64,000 nt of DNA. Origin: an uncultured Chlorobiota bacterium (GTDB lineage Bacteria > Bacteroidota > Bacteroidia > Bacteroidales > JAADGE01). Shown here one piece after another: positions 57,407 through 64,000 of the stretch (the first letter of the stretch is position 1; every line of letters starts with the position of its first letter). The notes below the pieces were generated by a model. The model saw nothing but the letters and a program-made list of their open reading frames with translations. It was not told where the DNA came from and searched no databases. Both the position numbers and the translations under genes were made by a program. The DNA lies in assembly GCA_947311445.1 (NCBI GenBank), contig CAMZKV010000018.1, positions 89 through 64,088 on the forward strand. Reading direction: 5' to 3'.

Positions 57407-58633
57407 CTATTCTCCGTACATTTCAATAATTTCTTCTTTGCTTTTCCCAAGAATTTTAAATTCTTCACCAATTTTTATAAACGCATTAATAGCCTTATCA
57501 AGATGAGCCTTAGTATGTGCAGCAGACAGCTGAATTCTTATTCTTGCTTGTCCTTTTGCAACAACAGGATAATAAAAACCAATAACATAAATTCCTTCGT
57601 CTAATAATTTTGATGCGAAATCTTGAGATAACTTTGCGTTAAATAGCATTAAAGCAACAATTGCAGACTCAGAAGGTTTCAATACAAAACCTGCATCAGC
57701 CATTTTGTTTCTGAAATAATCAGAATTATTCATTAATTTATCTCTAAGATCTGTTGAAGAACTTAATAAATCAAAAACTTGACTTGCAGCACCCGTAATT
57801 ACCGGAGCTAATGAATTTGAAAATAAATAAGGTCTTGACCGTTGTCTTAACATTTCAATAATCTCTTTTTTTCCGGTGGTAAAACCTCCCATAGCTCCTC
57901 CCAATGCTTTGCCTAAAGTACTTGTTATTATGTCAACTCTGTCTATTACATTGTGGTATTCGTGTGTTCCTCTGCCGGTTTTTCCAATAAATCCCGAAGA
58001 GTGGCTGTCATCAACCATAACAAGAGCATCATATTTATCTGCTAAATCACATATTTTATTTAATTTTGCAATATCTCCATCCATTGAAAAAACTCCATCT
58101 GTTACAATAATTCTATAACGTTGGGCTTGCGAAACTTTTAATTGTTCCTCCAAGTCTTCCATATTGCTGTGCTTATATCTGTATCTTGCAGCTTTGCAAA
58201 GTCTCACTCCATCAATTATTGATGCGTGGTTCAGTTCGTCTGAAATTATGGCATCTTCTTTGCTGAAAAGAGGCTCAAAAACACCACCATTTGCATCAAA
58301 TGCAGCAGCATATAAAATTGTGTCTTCTGTCCCAAAGAATTTAGCAATTTTTTCTTCCAAATTTTTGTGAATATCTTGTGTTCCACATATAAATCTTACA
58401 GAAGACATTCCATATCCATGAGTATCCAAAGTTTTTTTTGCAGCTTCAATAACTTTTGGATGAGATGATAAACCCAAATAGTTATTAGCACAAAAATTAA
58501 TAACAGTTTTTCCCGTATTTAGTGAAATCTCTGCATCTTGCGGTGTTGTAATAACCCTTTCGTTTTTATACAATCCTGCATCATTAATAGCTTTTAACTC
58601 ATTTGCCAGATAATCTTTAATTTTTCCGTACAT
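57407..58633 (-). CDS. kbl: Glycine C-acetyltransferase (2-amino-3-ketobutyrate CoA ligase)
   Basis: Class II aminotransferase/AONS family: [46 protein letters not shown], and the PLP-lysine segment [10 protein letters not shown]. Length and N-terminus are typical of Kbl. Confidence 0.9.
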   Translation of the reverse strand: MYGKIKDYLANELKAINDAGLYKNERVITTPQDAEISLNTGKTVINFCANNYLGLSSHPKVIEAAKKTLDTHGYGMSSVRFICGTQDIHKNLEEKIAKFFGTEDTILYAAAFDANGGVFEPLFSKEDAIISDELNHASIIDGVRLCKAARYRYKHSNMEDLEEQLKVSQAQRYRIIVTDGVFSMDGDIAKLNKICDLADKYDALVMVDDSHSSGFIGKTGRGTHEYHNVIDRVDIITSTLGKALGGAMGGFTTGKKEIIEMLRQRSRPYLFSNSLAPVITGAASQVFDLLSSSTDLRDKLMNNSDYFRNKMADAGFVLKPSESAIVALMLFNAKLSQDFASKLLDEGIYVIGFYYPVVAKGQARIRIQLSAAHTKAHLDKAINAFIKIGEEFKILGKSKEEIIEMYGE

Positions 58634-58822
58634 ATTGTTTTTATGAAATTAATTTGAATATAAATTTAAAACATCAAAAGTATTAAAATATGATTAAATT
58701 TTTATTATAAGGGAATGTTTTTTTAGCAAATATAAACCTTGTTGAATATCAATGTTATTAAACACATAAAATAAGTAAAACATTGTGAAACTTTCTATAA
58801 ATAAATTAACTTCGCAATATAA

Positions 58823-59494
58823 ATGTTAAAAGAACCTAATAATAGCATGTCAATAGAAAAAAAAACTAAAAATATTTTTATTGCAGATGATCATAAAATT
58901 TTTGTAAACGGATTAAAATCTATGATATCTGAATTTGGAGGATATAATGTTGTAGGCTGTGAATCCAATAGTATGTATATTATGAGAAGACTCAAAGAAA
59001 AAAAAACAGATATTCTCTTGCTCGATTTGAATATGCCGGAAAAAGATGGACTAGAAATTTTAAATGAAATTAGAATATCAGATAAAGAAACAAAAGTGAT
59101 TATCTTAACAATGTATAACGATGATATTTTAGCACAAAAAATTAAAAAGAGTGGAGGGAATGCTTATTTATTGAAATCTCTTGATAGATATGAATTGTTT
59201 GATTGTATGGAAAATATATATACAAAAGATTTTGTTATTGGAAAGTCTGTAACGGAATCTAAAAAAATGAATCCTATTTTTAGTGATAATTTTTTTGATA
59301 AGTATAAACTAACAAAACGTGAAACAGAAATTGTTAAACTAATAGTTGAAGGACAAACAAGTATGGAAATATGTAATAATTTGTTTATTAGTTTAAATAC
59401 CGTAGAAACGCACAGAAAAAATATTTTTAAAAAACTTAAAATAAAAAGTTTATCTGAACTCATTCACTTTGCCTATGAACACCAAATTATTTAA
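58823..59494 (+). CDS. LuxR/NarL-family response regulator
   Basis: REC domain (IFIADDHKIFVNGL ... DILLLDLNMPEKDG). C-terminal LuxR HTH (LTKRETEIVKLIVEGQTSMEICNNLFISLNTVETHRKNIFKKL). The start could instead be the ATG at 58847. Confidence 0.85.
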   Translation: MLKEPNNSMSIEKKTKNIFIADDHKIFVNGLKSMISEFGGYNVVGCESNSMYIMRRLKEKKTDILLLDLNMPEKDGLEILNEIRISDKETKVIILTMYNDDILAQKIKKSGGNAYLLKSLDRYELFDCMENIYTKDFVIGKSVTESKKMNPIFSDNFFDKYKLTKRETEIVKLIVEGQTSMEICNNLFISLNTVETHRKNIFKKLKIKSLSELIHFAYEHQII

Positions 59495-59626
59495 AACTAC
59501 GGTTTTTATTTTATTGTTTTTTAATGTGTCAATAATATTGCTTGGGCCAAAAAATGATACAATTCTTTTAAATCTTTTGAATTTACCGAATCAAGATATC
59601 TTGTTGAAAAAACAGATGGAACTTAT

Positions 59627-60061
59627 ATGTATGGAAGTCTTTCTGCAAATTCTGATAATAGTGAATTAACACTAAAGAATTTTGGTAAAATTGAAATAAC
59701 TTATGTTAATGTAAATAATATTTCAATTAAAACTTTGGAAGAGGTTTTGGAATGTGCTAAATCTGACGATGAAATTCCAACTAATGAAGTTGTTAAAATG
59801 TTTACATACGATGTTTGGATTGTTAAAGAAGCTGATAATGCAGAAATAGGCTCAGAGTTTCTAATGACAAAGAATGGTACTTATGTTTATACTTTCAATG
59901 GTAATGTTTATGTTAAATATTGGAGATATATTGACGAAACAACATGGGGATATGGATGGAATCCGGCAGCAAACCAAGGAGAAGCAACAAACGTAAAACT
60001 AACATACACAGAATGGCGATTGGAAGATACCGCAGGTTATAATTATTACATGACTCGATAG
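59627..60061 (+). CDS. Hypothetical protein (144 aa), possibly the 3' part of a frameshifted gene
   Basis: W/Y/T-rich, beta-like sequence with no signal peptide. The frame is open upstream to 59558 without a start codon. See the related finding. Confidence 0.4.
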   Translation: MYGSLSANSDNSELTLKNFGKIEITYVNVNNISIKTLEEVLECAKSDDEIPTNEVVKMFTYDVWIVKEADNAEIGSEFLMTKNGTYVYTFNGNVYVKYWRYIDETTWGYGWNPAANQGEATNVKLTYTEWRLEDTAGYNYYMTR

Positions 60062-60107
60062 TTTTTAAACAAAAATATATTTAATCAAATACTTAAAATA
60101 AAAACTA

Positions 60108-60567
60108 ATGAAAAAAATAAAGATATCAATTATTGTATCAATACTTATAATAATAAATGTGGTTTTGCTAAAAGCTCAATCAACAAGTACATTTACTGAC
60201 ACTCGCGATGGCAAAACATATAAAATTGTAAAAATAGGAAATCAAACATGGATGGCTGAAAGCCTTGCTTATGATGAGGGAAGCGGTACTTGGGCATATA
60301 ATAGTAATCCAAGCAATATTGAAAAATTATACTCCTAACAAGGAAATAATGACAGCCCTAGTTCTAGGAGGTAAAAGCGGATTTAATATAATTTTTGGAG
60401 GATTTAAAGATAAATACTCAACATATAGCTACAAAGATGCAATCGGACAATATTGGACTTCAGATAATGAAAACTATGATTCTTGGGCAATAGAATTTGC
60501 AAATAATCCACATTTTATGTGGAGGCATATTAAATATGCAATTTCAGTAAGATGTTTGAAGGAATAA
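60108..60567 (+). pseudogene. Disrupted FISUMP-domain (Fibrobacter succinogenes major paralogous domain) lipoprotein-like gene
   Basis: The first ORF carries a signal peptide plus the hallmark FTDTRDGKTYKIVKIGNQTWMAESLAY and stops at 60338. The C-terminal part (GFNIIFGG ... GQYWTSD ... AISVRCLKE) continues in the +1 frame from 60265. Confidence 0.6.
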
Positions 60568-60915
60568 AACTTAAAAACAATTGTTCCGTTTAATATATTA
60601 GAAGACCCAAAAACAAGGGATTTAATATTTTTAGTATCAAAAAACAACAAAGCAGATTACAAAATAAGCAGAATTAATTAATTAACAAAAGACAAAATAA
60701 CAAAAGTTATTTACTCTATATAGTGAGTTTTTGAAACCACTTTTAAAAAATAATTTTGCCTAACTATTGAATAAAGACAGAAACATTTTTTAAAACCCCA
60801 TTGCTTTAAAATGAATAAAAGAGATTTTAATTATTTAAATAAGATAAAGACATCTTTATATCTTTAATAATCGTATCTTTGTTCTTATACTAATATATTT
60901 ATAAAATTAAACAAG

Positions 60916-61332
60916 ATGGAATTTATTTGGAAAAAAGAATACGAAACCGGGATTGATAAGATTGACGGTCAGCATATTAAAATAGTTAACTTAATAAACA
61001 AACTAAATGATGCAATTAGAGATAGATCTGAGGATACCATTATTTCAGGAATAATACTAGATTTGAAAATTTATGCAATAAGTCATTTAGTTTATGAAGA
61101 AAAATTATTCAAGAAATACAATTATAGTGGAGAAGATTTTGAAAAACACAAAAGGACTCATGATAATTTTAGAAACCAAATTTCAGATTTCATTGGAAAT
61201 CCTAATTACCTTCCAAAAGAATTAGCCTATAAGATTTCTTTATTTCTTATAGACTGGCTAAAAACCCATATCAATGAAACAGATATGAAATTTGCAAAAT
61301 TTTTAAAAAGTACAGCAACTTATGAACAGTAA
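60916..61332 (+). CDS. Hemerythrin-like metal-binding protein (bacteriohemerythrin)
   Basis: WKKEYETGIDKIDGQHIKIV, H..YEE..F, HKRTHDNF and DWLKTHINETDMKF. This is the classic His/Glu/Asp iron-ligand pattern of bacteriohemerythrins. Confidence 0.85.
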   Translation: MEFIWKKEYETGIDKIDGQHIKIVNLINKLNDAIRDRSEDTIISGIILDLKIYAISHLVYEEKLFKKYNYSGEDFEKHKRTHDNFRNQISDFIGNPNYLPKELAYKISLFLIDWLKTHINETDMKFAKFLKSTATYEQ

Positions 61333-63012
61333 TTATTTTTTTATAATTAAATTTTCATAATAAAACTCAGTTTTTGTGTTAATTTTTACTAAATATATTC
61401 CATCTTTAAGTCTGGAAACATCAATAATCTTATTATTATTTGAAATATTGCATAAAAAAATCTCTTGTCCGTTAATATTATATATATGTAATATTCCTGA
61501 ATTAAAAGATGTTTCCAATGTAAATGCCCCACTATTTGGATTGGGAAAAATGCAAACTTCTTCATTTTTTGTTGCAGTATTTATAAATGTACTTTCGGAA
61601 TATGAAAACTTGTGAGGATCAGACGAACCTATTCTAGGATGAGATTCTGACTTACCATTTTCATTCATTGCAAATATGTAATATTCCACTAAATTATCTC
61701 CAATTAATCCGGGTATTATTCCTAAATATGTATTGCCGGTAGTGTTATTCATAATAACTTCATTCCAATTGCCTCCATTTTGCTTGTAAAATAACTTCGG
61801 AAAACCTGTTGAAATAGAACTTCCTCCATAAGAAACAATATCTGCCTCAATTACAAACTCCTCCTGAAAAGATAAGGTTCCATGAACAGGGAAATGCTTA
61901 ATGTAAAGCATTTCTCTATCTGCAATTCCATGCGTTCTGCAATGCAAAGCATCAGAATTTATCCAACTATCAGAATAGACGCCAATGATTTCATATCCTG
62001 GCATAGCATTTTCATATACTGTAATTGCCTCACCATCAAGTGCAGAACCCGTTTGAGGAACAAAAACTTTATCGTTCAATATCAGCGAGTTTGTGTACGG
62101 ATTAATATCATAATCATAATATGTTGCAGCCTGAACTCTAATAACTTCATATGGATAACCCCAAGAACAGTTTTGATCCGAAAAATATGTCGCAACAGCT
62201 TCATAATCATTATATCTGTAATCCGAAGTAGGAACTTCTGTTATCAGTATCTTATCAACATCAAGAAACTTACCCCAACAATCAATGTGTTTTATATAAT
62301 CATCCAAAGGGTCTTCTGTAACATAATATGTTTCAATTCCCAAATAATTTAACATTTTTGTATTAATTTGTTCAGATGTTTGAGTTTCCTCGTCCCAAAC
62401 TAAATTTGTTGCAGCTGCAATTCCGTATCCATCGCACATATAATTACCACCTGTTTGGATTACATTCATTCCATAAAGGTCAATACCTAGTGAATCTGCC
62501 ATCAAAATAGGAACATCATTGTCATTTGGTCTTGGTCTGTTATAAGGAAAATTGATAATTGCAAGCTCGCTATCATCAATTGCAATATACCAAGGACTAT
62601 AATCTCGTGTCCAGTAAGAATTTGGATCTTGGTAAACAAAATTACAATTACTCAAATTCACACTATTTGAAGAAAAAGTACTTCTTACAGTAATCTCTTC
62701 TGAAAGATTAGAAACAATAGTAGTTACATCACAATTTTCCGACATTTCGGCTATAAGACTTAGAGGGATTCCAAAGCCCCCATCATAAGCAATAAGAACA
62801 CTTTCCATTGATTCCCATTCAGCTATATTTCTGACAATACCTGTTGGAGGATCTGTTTCAAAGAAACTTCTTTGGTAGCTTTTCATTAATTCCTTTTCAT
62901 TAGCATTCATACTATGAGAAAGATGATACTTTTTTGTTTCCACTTGCGAAAATGAAGAATAACACTGAGAAACCATTAAAAATAAAACTATGAGAACTTG
63001 TCTTTTATACAT
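61333..63012 (-). CDS. Secreted agmatine deiminase / Porphyromonas-type peptidylarginine deiminase family (PF04371-like) protein with T9SS sorting domain
   Basis: Signal peptide, then AEWESMESVLIAY, YWTRDYSPWYI, GGNYMCDGYGIAAAT, HIDCWGKF and the catalytic-Cys-like segment DALHCRTHG. C-terminal T9SS CTD CIFPNPNSGAFTLET ... DGIYLVKINT. Confidence 0.8.
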   Translation of the reverse strand: MYKRQVLIVLFLMVSQCYSSFSQVETKKYHLSHSMNANEKELMKSYQRSFFETDPPTGIVRNIAEWESMESVLIAYDGGFGIPLSLIAEMSENCDVTTIVSNLSEEITVRSTFSSNSVNLSNCNFVYQDPNSYWTRDYSPWYIAIDDSELAIINFPYNRPRPNDNDVPILMADSLGIDLYGMNVIQTGGNYMCDGYGIAAATNLVWDEETQTSEQINTKMLNYLGIETYYVTEDPLDDYIKHIDCWGKFLDVDKILITEVPTSDYRYNDYEAVATYFSDQNCSWGYPYEVIRVQAATYYDYDINPYTNSLILNDKVFVPQTGSALDGEAITVYENAMPGYEIIGVYSDSWINSDALHCRTHGIADREMLYIKHFPVHGTLSFQEEFVIEADIVSYGGSSISTGFPKLFYKQNGGNWNEVIMNNTTGNTYLGIIPGLIGDNLVEYYIFAMNENGKSESHPRIGSSDPHKFSYSESTFINTATKNEEVCIFPNPNSGAFTLETSFNSGILHIYNINGQEIFLCNISNNNKIIDVSRLKDGIYLVKINTKTEFYYENLIIKK

Positions 63013-63560
63013 AAAAAATATTTTGTTATAACAATAGAGATGATTTTAAAATAAAAAGTTGCACCCAAATTTCAAAGATTTATATTTCTCAATCATTGTA
63101 CTCCCAATTTATTAATACCCTTTTTAAGTCGAGGGATATAATAAATATCTCAGTTATACAGGCTCTGAACAGCTTTTTATATCTTTTTCAGACAACAATG
63201 CTTATCAATGAAGTAATAATCACCATTCACTAAGAGAACATTAAGATTATTAATATCTAATAATAATTAAATTTATTTGTATTTTTATATATGATTATTA
63301 ATCAGTATTTTCAATGTGTATTTATAGAATTTCATGAACCTTTATTATATTTAGCATAATAATTTGGGTAAAAAAGAAATGTTTAATGTATAAAGTGCGT
63401 TAAATACATTATATAAGGTGTTCCTAAAAAAATAAAATACCTTTTAATAATAAATTAAGATGAATAATTGTCAAATCGTAAGAAGTAATTTTTTGTAATG
63501 TGTTGATAAAAAGGTAATTGCTGTATTAGACAAATAATAATAAAAAAAAATTACAAAATA

Positions 63561-63592
63561 TTTGGTATATTTAAAAAACATCACTTCATTTG
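63561..63592 (+). promoter_or_regulatory. Candidate rRNA promoter P1
   Basis: TTTG (63561-63564), a 20-nt spacer, then TTCATTTG (63585-63592). There is one mismatch to TAnnTTTG. Confidence 0.35.
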
Positions 63593-63760
63593 CATCCGCT
63601 TTTGAAAAGAGGCATAGAAAAAAGTTTTAAAAAAGTTGAAAAAAGTTTTGCAGATTAGAATTTAATTATTTCCTTTGCATCCGCTTTTGAAACGAGCAAA
63701 AAAAGAAACGAGAAGAAAGAAAAAAAGTTTTAAAAAAGTTGAAAAAAGTTTTGCAGATTA
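63589..63760 (+). repeat. Tandem duplication of about 85 bp upstream of 16S, including an exact 40-nt repeat
   Basis: TTTGCATCCGCTTTTGAAA(A/C)GAG starts both units, at 63589 and 63674. aaaaaagttttaaaaaagttgaaaaaagttttgcagatta is identical at 63618-63657 and 63721-63760. Confidence 0.85.
63647..63677 (+). promoter_or_regulatory. Candidate rRNA promoter P2
   Basis: TTTG (63647-63650), a 19-nt spacer, then TTCCTTTG (63670-63677). It is preceded by three A6 tracts spaced 10-11 bp apart. Confidence 0.4.
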
Positions 63761-63780
63761 AGACATAACATTTAACTTTG
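63750..63780 (+). promoter_or_regulatory. Candidate rRNA promoter P3
   Basis: TTTG (63750-63753), a 19-nt spacer, then TAACTTTG (63773-63780), a perfect TAnnTTTG match. It is preceded by the same three phased A-tracts. Confidence 0.5.
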
Positions 63781-63904
63781 CAGTCCTTTTTAAAATATAA
63801 CAAATAAAGTTCTTTGAAAATAATGAAAGGTTAAGGTAAAAACAAGAAACTTGTCAATTAACTTAACAGAATAAATCTTGAGCTAACAATAATTAAAATT
63901 TTTT

Positions 63905-64000
63905 ACAACGAAGAGTTTGATCCTGGCTCAGGATGAACGCTAGCGGCAGGCTTAACACATGCAAGTCGAGGGGTAACGATGGTGCTTGCACCAGGCGACG
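63905..64000 (+). rRNA. rrs: 16S ribosomal RNA, 5' end (partial; continues beyond the window)
   Basis: The universal 27F site AGAGTTTGATCCTGGCTCAG starts at 63912. It is followed by GATGAACGCTAGCGGCAGGCTTAACACATGCAAGTCGAGGGG, typical of Bacteroidota. The exact mature 5' end is approximate. Confidence 0.95.

Noticed and set aside
61882-62352. 156-aa plus-strand ORF inside the deiminase gene
   Set aside because: It is antisense to a gene carrying recognisable PF04371 motifs, and its translation is I/N/R/C-rich nonsense-like sequence.
63589-63760. Repeated blocks upstream of 16S considered as a possible CRISPR-like or minisatellite array
   Set aside because: There are only two units with no spacer/repeat regularity. 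The repeats end in promoter-like boxes and lie directly upstream of rRNA, so a duplicated promoter explains them better.
1-64000. Search for mobile elements, prophage, CRISPR arrays, tRNAs and toxin-antitoxin pairs
   Set aside because: No integrase, transposase or recombinase-like translations were seen. There are no regularly spaced repeats, no cloverleaf-like GC-rich segments in intergenic regions, and no small adjacent gene pairs with TA features.

Overview
This is a visibly AT-rich chromosomal segment from a Bacteroidota bacterium. Supporting evidence: type IX secretion (T9SS) C-terminal sorting domains, a GldD-like lipoprotein, TonB-dependent receptors with CarboxypepD_reg N-termini, TAnnTTTG-type -7 promoter boxes, and the 5' end of a Bacteroidota-type 16S rRNA at the right edge. 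I count about 45 protein-coding genes. I saw no integrase, transposase, CRISPR array or tRNA.

Housekeeping genes: tex (5' partial), ychF, gpsA, lepA, kbl, and a glycogen cluster (debranching enzyme, GT4 synthase-like protein, GH57).

Regulatory and envelope content is dense: an ECF sigma factor, two LytTR response regulators (one paired with a PF06580 kinase), an OmpR/PhoB-type two-component pair next to a PiT phosphate transporter, a LuxR-type regulator, and two very large SpoIIE/PP2C phosphatases.

The most interesting locus is the minus-strand block 3385-13860. It holds an output-less GAF-PAS membrane sensor, a GAF-PAS-PP2C phosphatase, a SiaB-like kinase and a SiaC-like DUF1987 phosphoprotein, all packed with 9-11 nt gaps and with no diguanylate cyclase. 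These are followed by an unusually built ABCG-type exporter (TerB-like N-terminus, beta-rich module, long C-terminal extension) and two translationally coupled secreted proteins. I propose it as a candidate uncharacterised partner-switch-controlled export system.

Other signals:
- Six 11-bp phased (T)TAAC repeats in the divergent promoter of the putative Pho locus.
- Three tandem promoters with phased A-tracts in front of the 16S gene.
- A GC-rich perfect palindrome in a 580-bp ORF-free gap.
- A T9SS-secreted PF04371 deiminase.
- A GH57 enzyme fused to a helix-hairpin-helix domain.
- Two disrupted genes.

All domain calls come from reading motifs in the supplied translations. No database search was run.
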